From contig NIVC01000839.1 of NCBI GenBank assembly GCA_002269645.1, forward strand, positions 248,001-312,000: a stretch of 64,000 nt of DNA. Direction: 5' to 3'. Below, piece after piece: positions 37,868-55,014 of the stretch. The translations under genes were made by a program, and so were the position numbers. Below the pieces are notes generated by a model. That model was not told where the DNA came from and made no database searches. It saw only the letters and a list, made by a program, of their open reading frames with translations. The stretch is from Macrostomum lignano. Lineage: Eukaryota. Positions within the stretch are counted from its first letter, which is position 1. Every line of letters starts with the position of its first letter.

Positions 37868-38975
37868 TGATGGGTTTCGACCTTCGGGCTCCTTGTTAGG
37901 GAAGCCTTCGGGCCTCAGGCTCAGAAATAAATCAATTAGAGACCTGGCCCCCCACTCCTGTCAGATGGTCAGCCCCATGGTAGCTTGATCGTGTGGCGAG
38001 CAGTCTAGGTCCTATAGCTAAGAGAGGGACAGCGAGAGACGAGCAGGGAGAATTTTGAAAGTAGAAATTAGCTAATCCGCAGATCAACTAACTTGCTGCC
38101 ACCAGCCCGTGCGCCCTGGCTCACCACACCGGGACTCTCGAAATCGGGCTTCCGACTAGAAGGGGCTTTGCACTTACCTGCCAACTAGTGTCTTTTTGCT
38201 GTCAATCTCGAAGTCATAGCCGATGATAAGGGACACTGCTGGGACTAGATCGCGTTGGCCATGCAGGTACAGAGGGGACTTGTGCAGGGGATTCTTGCGG
38301 TGGCGAGTCTATGGGGTAGCTACATGTACTATTACATTGCTAAATACGAAGATATGTACTTTTAGCCTTCAACGCGCCAACTAGCCTCTCATGGCGCTGA
38401 TGATAGGCTAACTCGAACTTCAGAGACCTCGCATGATTCATTACCCGAGCCGCTTGGCTAACCTAGAGTGCACAAAGTACATCTCTGGCGCCGATTCTGC
38501 ACTTCTGGCAGTTTTGCTCACTGATTTGATTGATTGATCGACTGAGAACCGCCTTGCCATTGGTCCACTGTGACCGGCGCCTACTAGCTTAGCTACTCAT
38601 CTGAGCCATCGGCGAACAAAGAACTAAAACCGATAAAAATAACTGTCAGATTTAACCTTCTCCTTAGATCACTTCACACTTCGGATCGAATTGGAGTTTC
38701 AGACTACTGGCAGTATTATTGAATGATTTCTGCCTCAGTAACAGCACCACTGAACAAAATGAGCAAAAGTGTGCGCCTAATTCAGCTACTGAAACAGGGG
38801 ACAGATAGGGAATCACCCAATCAAGCAAGTCTAGGTAGCCTCTCACCCAACCAATCAGAAACTCAACAGCCGGAGACCAGGTACTTACTACTTACTTACT
38901 ACTGACGGGGGGCGCAGGCGCCGCGAATAGGCCGCGAGGCCCCTATCGCAACCCCAAGGTAAAAGAGCACAAGGA

Positions 38976-44060
<5,085 letters not shown>

Positions 44061-45250
44061 TTAGCCAGCAGCCAACTACTTAGCAGCCACCTGCCCCGCA
44101 AAAAAGCAGCAGGGGGGATCCGTCCCCCACCAGCAGACCAAGACGAGGAAGCTAGCCGCTTCCACGCCAGGCCAGAACGAAAAGGAGGGGGAAGAGCCTC
44201 CTCGAAAAACGAAAAGCTGGCGGATGTCACAAAGTCCCTCGGTTTAAGTTGCCGTTTGCCCCCCCGGAGACCAGGTAATCCACAGTGACCGAATCGGCTT
44301 GATGCTCTGCAGCTGTAGACTCGGGATGATGCTGTCAAGATCTTCACTGTCAGCTAGCAGGTGATGCTCTTCACTTGATGTTCGCTGCTGATGACCGGGG
44401 GACTCGTCCTTGATGATGACGGGGGGGAGTCGCAATCCGGGGATCAAGAGACGACGGTCAGGCTCCGGGAGGTCTCTAGCTAGGCCAAGTTCCCAGGAGG
44501 TTGAGGTCCGAGCGGGCCAAAAACACCGGTTTAAATAGCCGCCAACTGGACCGCCGTTTGTTATAACAGAACACGTCGATTCTGATTGGCTGAGCCGTTT
44601 TGTTAAAATGAGCGTCGAATTTTCTGATTGGCTAAGCTTGTTGCTACCCAGAATCACGTGACCGAGAGATCCTATCAGTTCCCACAGGGTCGTAAAAAGA
44701 TGACAGGTGCGGCCATAAATCACTCAAAATCGCAACAAAATGATTTATGACTTTTCGCGTAGGATTGACAGAAATTAATGAAAAAATATACATTAGAAAG
44801 CTCTTATTAAATAGAAAGTGAAGATAATGAAGAGAAATTGCTAATCGCTAATCCCAAAGTACTTTTAGGGGTAAAACGCATAGCTGTCAAAGCTGTCACA
44901 CGCTTGAGTGAATCCGAACAATAGGCTCTGACCTCATAAATCTTGATGGCCTGTCAAAACGATGAGAAAAAAAGCTACCGCCCGCATCCTCTCAGACCAT
45001 CTGGCGCCCGTCTCAACACTGAGTGAGGCGCAGGTGGCTGTCAGACCAGCTTCGAAAGCGATGATTTATGACCCAAAAAGCAATGCCTATGTTATTATGA
45101 CTACTAGTATGGCCAGACATTATATCTAGTATAGATTCTATGACAATTTGCAGAAAAAGGATAAAAATGCCCATCGCCCACTGTTAGTAGGCTAGTAAAT
45201 TTAGAGCCCATGTGCTAGCGCGGGATTTGGGAAAAAGTGCGTCCTCATCA

Positions 45251-45262
45251 TATGCCCCCCCT
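45251..45262 (-). promoter_or_regulatory. Polypurine tract before the 3' LTR
   Basis: Minus strand reads AGGGGGGG-CATA directly before TGATGAGG. Confidence 0.6.
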
Positions 45263-47289
45263 ATTTGTGAGTTGATCGCAGATTAACTCAAAAACAAAGA
45301 AGAAAAATGAGCGCAGTTTTGTACAAAATCGCAGCTAGCGCATCAAAGAGTAGTAAAAAATAAAAATAGTTACTCACAAATAGGTACTAAAAATATTAGA
45401 CTAATACGCATCCCAAGAATGGAAATCCCAAAAGAGAAAGAAATTGGGGAAAGGGAAGGATTGAAGAAAGAGAGGGATCAAGAGAAAGGTGCTTCAACTA
45501 AATATTGCATTGCAAATACAGTATCAAGTGCGAGATACACGTAAGGGGATAATAGACAGATAAATTATTGCCGCGCGAGAAGGTATAATTCAAAATGTGC
45601 GAGATGGAATAAACAGCGCATGTTCGATGAGACTAAGCTTCATTGTTCGCGTTCGAGTCAGTCTCGATTCTACCTGTTAAGCCTCTTGATGGCTTAATTC
45701 CTTTGCCGCGCGGCCGACCCGAGCCAGGATGGGCGAGGAGCTTGGGAAATGCGTTGCACATTCTCCCCTCCCGCCTGTGGAGTCCGCGTGCCTGGGGTTG
45801 CCGTGCTCATCTGGCGGCAGCCGACGAATGGTGACCCTCAGAGGATTAAGGGACCCTCGAGTCATCCTTGCTGACTGGCTGAGACGCTGCTGGGGGAGGA
45901 TGACCTCAACCGCCTCGAGTTCGCAGGGAGATAAAAGCGACTGACCACTCAGGTCATCCACAAGTTATGATTTTCGTCTTCGAATCCTGCGTCAGCCTCC
46001 GACTTGCCAGCCAGCGCTTCGCCACCGCCACCTTTGCTGATTTTGCACCAAGCCAGGCCAGCCGTTGCAGACCTCCGATCTTCGACTGGTAAGTCTCATC
46101 TCAGCTCTGTGATACTCTACCATACACTCTACTCAATCGGATAATCCCAGACCCATCCCACAGTCTCAGCAGCCTTCAGGGTACACTCCCTCCTACTCAT
46201 TTGCCCATTCAGTGCTGTGCAGATAGGTACTTTAAGATGTATTATTAACAAAGTCTCAGATAAGAGGCAGAATAATTTTTGAACACTAGTGTTAAATTTT
46301 TAAAAGTTCTTTCAAAGATTCTTGTCTTCAAGACTCCGCTTCAATTGCATTCACTTCCCAATTTAATTCACACAATCCCATTTTGTTTTACACTCAGTAT
46401 TACTACATATCAGTAGTATCGCACGGCCGCGAAATTCAGCTTAAATTTATCACTCCTAATTTGGTTTAGCAATTCGTATTAATCCAGGTGGACCATTCGT
46501 ACCTTATTTAAGACTTTTATTAGTTTAATTATGCCTAGTATTCTTCTATATTAATTACCTAATTCGCTCATCATTGATCTCTTTCTTCGCCTTGGCTCAG
46601 TGAGTTTAGTAACACGAGAAGTCCTAAATTTCAGTTTCAAACTTAACTCAAACCAAGGTTCAGTTTCACATTTAATTTCGAAAGCACTCACGACAAATTA
46701 AGCACAATAAGCAAGCAGTCACATTCACGCACACAACATATTGTTTCCGCCACCATTTGACGAACCTTTTACAAAAAAATGAGCAAAGAAGAAATTAGGC
46801 ACGACAAAATAAGCAATGACACAACAGAGAGAGAAATACGCGGAGATAAATAATGGCACAACATTGAGTATAAATATACTGGTAGAAAAAAAACGCATTT
46901 TTAAAGCACCGGGGGTATTCACAGGGGAATCGGGGGGTACAAAAGACAGTATGAGAAAGCAATAGTTCACGCAATAAGAGGATATATTTACAAGGGGCAT
47001 GGCAGCACAAAAAAAAGAAAAATAGGGAGTTCGAATTTTGCTCCGGCATGACAAAAACTTGGTTAAAAGCTGAACATATAAATATAGGTACTGTTCGCTA
47101 ACTAATCACTTGAGCCGAACGACTTAATCGAAAGATTACGTAAAATATTCTCCCTAATTAACTGTTTTCATCTATTCCCTCTATACATCCAACCTGTTAT
47201 AATACTTTTACGAAATAAACCGGATCTAGCAGAGGATAAGCAAGGGGAAAAGCGAATCGGGGCACCGACCTTCAGAGTTCTCAAGGAAG

Positions 47290-47802
47290 TCAACAAAATG
47301 GGAGCATTTGCCCCAATACTAATAGATTTCTAGTGTGGTAATCCAACAAAGCAGGTGCTGCTGCGAGGAAAGAGTTGCCCAACAGAGGCCTCGTGCCGGG
47401 GTCACTGGCAATCAGAAACATGACAGGCATGGTCTCACTGCCTAAGATGACTGTCAGCTTAGATTGACCCACAATCTCCAGTCTATGCCCGCTATAGGAA
47501 TAGATAGAAACTGTAGGGGCCTCCAACCTGTCCATATCATCGTTAGTGGCCGCCACGAAGTCTTTGAAGGGTAAGATGGAAACTGCCGACCCAGAATCGA
47601 TTAAGATTCGGACTGGCAATCTCTCTACTTGAACTTTTACATAAACATCAGCTTGAGAGCTTCTAAATGTTACAGACTTCCTAGGGACAATGAAATCGGG
47701 TACAAGATTCATTTTCCTTTTGCCACTGTTTACTAAATTTGCCCTTAAAAGTCCAGAAGAGGGGTGAGTGTGGGCACCACCCATCCCTACTCTCAGTTTT
47801 CC
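47290..47802 (-). CDS. Retropepsin-type aspartic protease in the -1 frame relative to gag
   Basis: VKVQVERLPVRILIDSGSAVSILP (DSG) and PLLGNSFL. The ORF stops right after the protease domain. Confidence 0.88.
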   Translation of the reverse strand, partial: GKLRVGMGGAHTHPSSGLLRANLVNSGKRKMNLVPDFIVPRKSVTFRSSQADVYVKVQVERLPVRILIDSGSAVSILPFKDFVAATNDDMDRLEAPTVSIYSYSGHRLEIVGQSKLTVILGSETMPVMFLIASDPGTRPLLGNSFLAAAPALLDYHTRNLLVLGQMLPFC

Positions 47803-49142
47803 GACCCAGCTGGGAGATAGAAAGTGGGCCGCTGTTTCTGTGCTCCAGGCGCCGGGGTTGGCGGGGGCCTCAAATTCTCTTCTCCCATACTGCTCTCTCC
47901 CTGGGTAGGAACATGCAGGGGAGGCGGGCGCGCGCGTGCACTGTTGCGCAACTGCGGGGGCCGGTAAACCTCAGTTCTTTCAGTCTGCTTGGCCGAGTCA
48001 CCATAAATCGCATTCTGCCTCTGTAGCGCGGGCTTCTCTGACAGATTTTGAGATGAGGGGGGCGGGGACTTGCCCTCAGGCGGTTGGCTAGCTCGCTCAG
48101 TATCTTCTACCACTGTGAGGTCTCCCTCCCAATGATCTGAGTGGCTTATCATGGCCCGATCGATCTTCTCCGCTACCTGACTCATAGCGCCGTAAATCTT
48201 GCCGACGGTTTCATCAAGGCTGTTTTGGCGCTGCTGTAAATCTGTCAATGCCTCTTCTACTTCCCTTCCTTCCTCCGACTCCAGCATGCGGACCCACCTG
48301 CGCTGATATTCTCTGTCGCTGGGGCGATTTTGATCTCTGTTTCTCTCGTCCCTACGCTGATCATATCTGGGCTGGTCTCGCGCTAAGCGCCGGGAAATCT
48401 CATCTGCCTCTTGGAGATTCTGCTGCGCTGCCAGCACTTCATCAATGCTGCGAAACTGTTGCCCTAGCAGCGACTTGCGCACATCTGGGGCAATATCAGC
48501 CGTTTCCAAGTAGGCGAAGATCACCTCCGACTCTAACTGTCTAGGACTCATGTCGGGGTAAGCAGAAGCTATCACACTACGCACCATGGCCGAGTAGGCG
48601 TGGTGATTCTGGCCTGCTTTCTGTTTCAAATTCCGGACTTTGTTCCTCTTCGCTAATTCTGAACTGGCTTCTCCTACCTGGCGACCTAACCTTTCTATGA
48701 ATTCTTCGAAGTCAAGGCCGGGATGGAGGGCAATAGCAAGACTCTGCAGATCTGGGGGGAGGAGCGAGATTACTGTGCTCTTCTTCTGCTCTCTATCCCT
48801 AATCTCTTCAGATCTGAGCTTGAATTTGACTCTGCCAACCCACTGTGGGAAGCAGGATTCTGTTGGGTTGAATTTCTCAACGCTAATCTTGACACTCTGT
48901 GTCTCTCTGCCCAATCCGATAGCTGCAAGGGCTTGCGCTAATTGGGCTGCCATGTCGGCGGCTTGGGGTTGAGGTGGGGCTCTTTGCGGGGATGACCCGC
49001 ACTCTGATACATTTGGGGAGACCGAGCCCTGGGACGAAAATTCGCAGGCGGCTGCAGCGGCGGCTGCTGATCCGTTCCTATTCCCTCTACCTCTTCTGCC
49101 TCTACCTCCTGACTTACTGGTACTGGAATTACATGTTTCCAT
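47793..49142 (-). CDS. Retrotransposon Gag (capsid-like), 449 aa
   Basis: SVEKFNPTESCFPQWVGRVKF, FEEFIERL and VRNLKQKAGQNHHAYSAMVRSVIASAYP resemble the Ty3/gypsy capsid region. Intact ORF; no CCHC knuckle. Confidence 0.85.
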   Translation of the reverse strand: METCNSSTSKSGGRGRRGRGNRNGSAAAAAAACEFSSQGSVSPNVSECGSSPQRAPPQPQAADMAAQLAQALAAIGLGRETQSVKISVEKFNPTESCFPQWVGRVKFKLRSEEIRDREQKKSTVISLLPPDLQSLAIALHPGLDFEEFIERLGRQVGEASSELAKRNKVRNLKQKAGQNHHAYSAMVRSVIASAYPDMSPRQLESEVIFAYLETADIAPDVRKSLLGQQFRSIDEVLAAQQNLQEADEISRRLARDQPRYDQRRDERNRDQNRPSDREYQRRWVRMLESEEGREVEEALTDLQQRQNSLDETVGKIYGAMSQVAEKIDRAMISHSDHWEGDLTVVEDTERASQPPEGKSPPPSSQNLSEKPALQRQNAIYGDSAKQTERTEVYRPPQLRNSARARPPPLHVPTQGESSMGEENLRPPPTPAPGAQKQRPTFYLPAGSEN

Positions 49143-51650
49143 AGTTCGGGCACAACACCAGTTGCCGGGACAGAACTAAAGGATGAAAATCTGAACCGGG
49201 GCGGAAAAAATGAATGCAATTGGCTACTAGCCGAAATTGGGTGTCTGCTTCAAAGCAAGACAATGGCAATGAATCGAATCGAATGGGGGGAAGGGGGGGA
49301 GGAGATTGTGCAAAAAGCCTAACTGGGGTAGGGTTTTGACACAAGTAAGCAATGGGGGGTTGAGCGCCGCGAGTTGGGGAGCTCAAAGCAAAAACAATAA
49401 ATTACAAGCAAAAATAAGCAAAAAGCAAAGAACACGCAAATAAGCAAAAGATACGCGATCTATATACAAAAAGCGTACAATACGAGCGCGGGGCTTGCGA
49501 TAATGATCGCAAACACAGCACAAAAATGGAAAAATATGCAAAAACCAACGAAGCGGAAACTTCACTTATTCCACTCGCACCGCAGTCACACTTGACTCAA
49601 ATTTTTTCACACCTAAAAATCCTTCTGTCTCTGTCTTGAATCCGATCTCGGATTTTCTCGAATTGCTGCTTTTAAACTCACTGGTTCTCAACTGGGCTAA
49701 GGCCACAGCTTTCCGCAGGCTACTACAGTCTCAGTCTCTCTTTCTCTCTGAGCGGCTCTTTTTGCTTCCGAATAATTTTAATGGGCTAGTTAATCATGGA
49801 GGGTCTCATCAGCTCTCATTAGTCTAAATTGCAGGCGCCAATATGTGGGCACCTCATGTGTATCAGAGCTCTCCTGCGTGGTATCGCCACTAGGAAACCG
49901 TCCGGGTGCTGCTACGGCTAGACAGATTCACAATCCCCATCAAGGCTGATCTTTTAGCGGAACTTGGACGTCTGACCCAGCGCGCCCAGTGGCCCCTCTG
50001 TGTAGCTTTCGTCAGCATTGACCGGTGAGGGCGGATTACACCTAATATACGATACTCGCGAACAGACAGATAATACACAAGGAGTTAAGCAGGTCCGTAG
50101 TGTAGTGTTCACTCCGCAACAAAACCTTATGGCACGGTCCCTAAGAACTTTGATCATAGAAAAAACTATGGGCAGCAGGAAAGTTTGTCAAATATTATGA
50201 CCCTACGTTATCGGGTCGGGTATTTTTATAGCGGCGAACCACAGAAGACATCTGTGTCTTGAGTCAGTAGAGTCTGTCCAGACAAAGCTGCGCTCCCCTC
50301 CTCTTGCTATCATAAAAATGAATAGCCACGGCGTTTTCTGCTCTCTGCAGAATCGTTAACCAGAGCGGTAGCTGGAATTCGCACATACTACCATGGCACC
50401 GTGTGGGTAATTCTCTCCGCTTTCCTTACTGTATTTACATTAGATACCCCTCCGATTCTAAGAAAGAACCAAAAGAGCAAAAGCAAACTTCCAAACCCTA
50501 AATTCCGCAACCAGGAAAAATTACATGTGCACTGGCAAACTGTACTACTGAAAGTAATACCTACACACTTCCCAGACTCCTAGGCTAAGCAGATGGTAAA
50601 TGTACGAACTTAAAGTAACTTCAGACCTCACAATTCTGTACCCAAACCCAAAGTAGCGTGGCTGTTCTCGCGTTCCGGTAGCCGTCGACCCCAGACATAT
50701 TTTTCAGGACATGGATGTCTGACCCAGCGCATCCAGAGGCCCAACGGCACAGCACTTGCCATTGTTAGCCGGAATACCGAGAATTGCGGTGGGAATTTGA
50801 GCTCTCCGTTGCCACTTAAGGCGATTTATACCACCAAAGCCCGAATAGCGGACAACAATTCGTGAGAAGCACTCAGATAGAACACCCCGATTTAAATCGA
50901 AATGATACTATAATCACACAGTACGCTAATCCGACTGTCCCGTACTAATCTGCTCCAGAGTATAACCTTTGAACCCAAAACCCGTGAGGCCCTGCGTATG
51001 AAACCAAGGCTTCGCACATCCAAAAAGCTGCCTGATTCTAAATTTTGCAAACAAGACAAAAACTACGAGCGCTGTCAGCATTCTATAATGAACGTTTTGG
51101 CCGAGGAAGCATTATCATTCGGATAATGGCCTCTTGTCTACACGACAAAAATTAATAGCTTAATTTCGAGTGATCAGTTCGAAACTTTTCTGTTTAGCAA
51201 AAGTACAAGAACTATCCTAAGTCTCTATTTTCCGCATAATTAGCTGGCTGAAATCAAAACTGGAGAACTAAGCAGAGAGCCTAGATAACTGATCAAGCTG
51301 AGAGAGTTATCTGTGCGGGGTTGATTTTTTTTATATGCTCTGGCTTTTTGAATTTTATAATTTTTTTGGTTGATTTTTTGAATAGGCATGCATTTAATGA
51401 TAAGCAATTCATACTAGTAATTTTTTTTTGGTTCCAGTAGCATAAATTTTTTGTGCATTTTTGGACTCTCATAACTCAGACTTGAAAAGCTATCGCAACT
51501 GACTACTTACAGTAATTTGAAAGAAACCTAAATTCACAATTTTGAAATCTAAACGGCGCAACTCGATTTTATTATTGTCACAATTTGCCATTTACCAGCC
51601 ATCACTACCGGTGAGCACTTTACCACTTCTTACCGGCTAGTGTTTACCAT

Positions 51651-51668
51651 ATCCCACCGCTGCCACCA
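51651..51668 (-). promoter_or_regulatory. Primer-binding site complementary to the tRNA-Leu 3' end
   Basis: Minus strand reads LTR...CA-AA-TGGTGGCAGCGGTGGGAT. The plus strand, ATCCCACCGCTGCCACCA, is the eukaryotic tRNA-Leu(IAG-type) 3' end as I recall it. Confidence 0.85.
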
Positions 51669-51670
51669 TT

Positions 51671-53658
51671 TGATGGGTTTCGACCTTCGGGCTCCTTGTT
51701 AGGGAAGCCTTCGGGCCTCAGGCTCAGAAATAAATCAATTAGAGACCTGGCCCCCCACTCCTGTCAGATGGTCAGCCCCATGGTAGCTTGATCGTGTGGC
51801 GAGCAGTCTAGGTCCTATAGCTAAGAGAGGGACAGCGAGAGACGAGCAGGGAGAATTTTGAAAGTAGAAATTAGCTAATCCGCAGATCAACTAACTTGCT
51901 GCCACCAGCCCGTGCGCCCTGGCTCACCACACCGGGACTCTCGAAATCGGGCTTCCGACTAGAAGGGGCTTTGCACTTACCTGCCAACTAGTGTCTTTTT
52001 GCTGTCAATCTCGAAGTCATAGCCGATGATAAGGGACACTGCTGGGACTAGATCGCGTTGGCCATGCAGGTACAGAGGGGACTTGTGCAGGGGATTCTTG
52101 CGGTGGCGAGTCTATGGGGTAGCTACATGTACTATTACATTGCTAAATACGAAGATATGTACTTTTAGCCTTCAACGCGCCAACTAGCCTCTCATAGCGC
52201 TGATGATAGGCTAACTCGAACTTCAGAGACCTCGCATGATTCATTACCCGAGCCGCTTGGCTAACCTAGAGTGCACAAAGTACATCTCTGGCGCCGATTC
52301 TGCACTTCTGGCAGTTTTGCTCACTGATTTGATTGATTGATCGACTGAGAACCGCCTTGCCATTGGTCCACTGTGACCGGCGCCTACTAGCTTAGCTACT
52401 CATCTGAGCCATCGGCGAACAAAGAACTAAAACCGATAAAAATAACTGTCAGTTTTAACCTTCTCCTTAGATCACTTCACACTTCGGATCGAATTGGAGT
52501 TTCAGACTACTGGCAGTATTATTGAATGATTTCTGCCTCAGTAACAGCACCACTGAACAAAATGAGCAAAAGTGTGCGCCTAATTCAGCTACTGAAACAG
52601 GGGACAGATAGGGAATCACCCAATCAAGCAAGTCTAGGTAGCCTCTCACCCAACCAATCAGAAACTCAACAGCCGGAGACCAGGTAATCCACAGTGACCG
52701 AATCGGCTTGATGCTCTGCAGCTGTAGACTCGGGATGATGCTGTCAAGATCTTCACTGTCAGCTAGCAGGTGATGCTCTTCACTTGATGTTCGCTGCTGA
52801 TGACCGGGGGACTCGTCCTTGATGATGACGGGGGGAGTCGCAATCCGGGGATCAAGAGACGACGGTCAGGCTCCGGGAGGTCTCTAGCTAGGCCAAGTTC
52901 CCAGGAGGTTGAGGTCCGAGCGGGCCAAAAACACCGGTTTAAATAGCCGCCAACTGGACCGCCGTTTGTTATAACAGAACACGTCGATTCTGATTGGCTG
53001 AGCCGTTTTGTTAAAATGAGCGTCGAATTTTCTGATTGGCTAAGCTTGTTGCTACCCAGAATCACGTGACCGAGAGATCCTATCAGTTCCCACAGGGTCG
53101 TAAAAAGATGACAGGTGCGGCCATAAATCACTCAAAATCGCAACAAAATGATTTATGACTTTTCGCGTAGGATTGACAGAAATTAATGAAAAAATATACA
53201 TTAGAAAGCTCTTATTAAATAGAAAGTGAAGATAATGAAGAGAAATTGCTAATCGCTAATCCCAAAGTACTTTTAGGGGTAAAACGCATAGCTGTCAAAG
53301 CTGTCACACGCTTGAGTGAATCCGAACAATAGGCTCTGACCTCATAAATCTTGATGGCCTGTCAAAACGATGAGAAAAAAAGCTACCGCCCGCATCCTCT
53401 CAGACCATCTGGCGCCCGTCTCAACACTGAGTGAGGCGCAGGTGGCTGTCAGACCAGCTTCGAAAGCGATGATTTATGACCCAAAAAGCAATGCCTATGT
53501 TATTATGACTACTAGTATGGCCAGACATTATATCTAGTATAGATTCTATGACAATTTGCAGAAAAAGGATAAAAATGCCCATCGCCCACTGTTAGTAGGC
53601 TAGTAAATTTAGAGCCCATGTGCTAGCGCGGGATTTGGGAAAAAGTGCGTCCTCATCA
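51671..53658 (-). repeat. 5' LTR, 1988 bp, uninterrupted
   Basis: TG...CA termini; adjacent to the PBS. Confidence 0.92.
52938..53070 (-). promoter_or_regulatory. Putative LTR promoter: E-box, two CCAAT boxes, TATA-like TATTTAAA
   Basis: Minus strand reads CACGTG...AGCCAATCAG...AGCCAATCAG...TATTTAAA. The same motifs are in the 3' LTR at 44530-44660. Confidence 0.5.
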
Positions 53659-53662
53659 ATAG

Positions 53663-54131
53663 TACATGTAGTATAGCTACCCCATAGACTCGCCACTGCA
53701 AGAATCCCCTGCACAAGTCCCCTCTGTACCTGCATGGCCAATGCGATCAAGTCCCAGCAGTGTCCCTTATCATCGACTATGACTTCGAGATTGACAAGCA
53801 AAAAGACACTAGTTGGCAGGTAAGTGCAAAGCCCTCTCTAGTCGGAAGCCCGATTTCGAAAGTTCCGGTTTGGTGAGCCAGGACGTACGGGATATGGTGG
53901 CAGCGGGTTAGTTAATCTGCGGATTAGCTGATCTCTACCTTCAAAATTCTCCCTGCTTGTCTCTCGCTGTGCCTCTCTTAGCTATAGGACCTAGACTGTT
54001 CGCCACAAGATCAAGCTACCATGGGGCTGACCATCTGACAGGAGTGGGGGGCCAGGACTCTAATTGATTTATTTCTGAGACCTGAGGCCCGAAGGCTTCC
54101 ACAAAGGGGCCGAAAAGGCCGAAACCCATCA
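53663..54131 (+). mobile_element. Older solo LTR, right part
   Basis: Diverged reverse complement of 51671-52135. Ends CCCATCA followed by ATAT. Confidence 0.85.
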
Positions 54132-54374
54132 ATATTCTCAAGTAATATGACTAGATATTGCTGGTCAGCATTTTCAAACTAGCATGGTGTGCCCATGCGT
54201 TAGCAGGCAAGGTTATAGACTTAATTCTGCCACTGGGATTCCACTTAAACTTAATACTACTCATTTATAGCTATTAGTCTACGAGTATAGTACTAGCAAC
54301 ACTAGCAATCTCGAACTCCCGTTTTGAAGGAGTACTTCGTAGAACTTCACTACAGTATGGTTACTATTTAATAA

Positions 54375-54480
54375 ACATCAAAACGCATCAGTACACACTG
54401 AGGCAGATCAAAACACGTCAGGACACACCGAGGCACATCAAAACACATCAGGACACACTGAGGCACATCAAAAAACACCA
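54375..54480. repeat. Short ~30-bp tandem repeat (catcaaaacacatcaggacacactgaggca)
   Basis: 3-4 units. Confidence 0.75.
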
Positions 54481-55014
54481 TGTCCTGCAGGAAACACTGA
54501 AACACTTAGCCACGTAACTGTACAAGCATTGGCGTGGCGCCTTGGCGCCCCAGGGCTACCACTCTACGAATGAAACGCCCTAAATTGAAATGGTGCAGTT
54601 TCAACTGCACATACAAAATTTGCCCCACGAAACGCAGACGTCACCCGTAGAAAAACCCTGGGCATGCACCACGGCTACTGCTGGACATCCATTAGGACAA
54701 GTTCCTCCCCCCTAAAGTTGCTTTCCATAATCGCTGTGCATGCAACTACATGTAAACGAATTCAATGCCTGCGAGCCATTTTGGGGCTGCTGCAAATCGA
54801 TCAAAACTTCTATACCAATATTTTTCAAAGTCGGACTCACATGCACTTCTCCCAGCAGACCGAAGCCCTGTGTATCGGGAGTCGGAATACATTTATGCAT
54901 AAGCCAGCTCGTAACGGCAAGCAACTTTGAACCTTGCAGCCTACGTCATTAAGAATTGTTATAGCCGCTTCAGATCTTGCTCGCTGCAGCCCTCAATTAT
55001 ATCGCTTAGCAACG

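Noticed and set aside
37868-38440. Hammerhead ribozyme / Penelope pseudo-LTR (ggccgaaaaggccgaaac at about 54107; ctgatga at about 38396)
   Set aside because: CUGANGA and GAAA are not found together with pairable stems, and the repeats are explained as true LTRs with PBS, PPT and TSD.
44244-44723. ORFs repeated in both LTRs (44244-44723 and 52763-53131; 38664-38846 and 52467-52649)
   Set aside because: No recognisable motifs, they overlap promoter elements, and the two copies differ by a frameshift. The repetition only reflects LTR identity.
45251-47289. env or pol remnant in the 3' internal region
   Set aside because: Only short ORFs with no RT, integrase, fusion-protein or signal-plus-TM pattern that I can recognise. 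An HMM search is needed to exclude decayed remnants.
51670-54132. 2.46-kb DNA transposon with 470-bp TIRs
   Set aside because: The apparent TIRs are the end of the 5' LTR and the right half of the older, oppositely oriented solo LTR. The ATAG and ATAT TSDs fit the nested-LTR reading.
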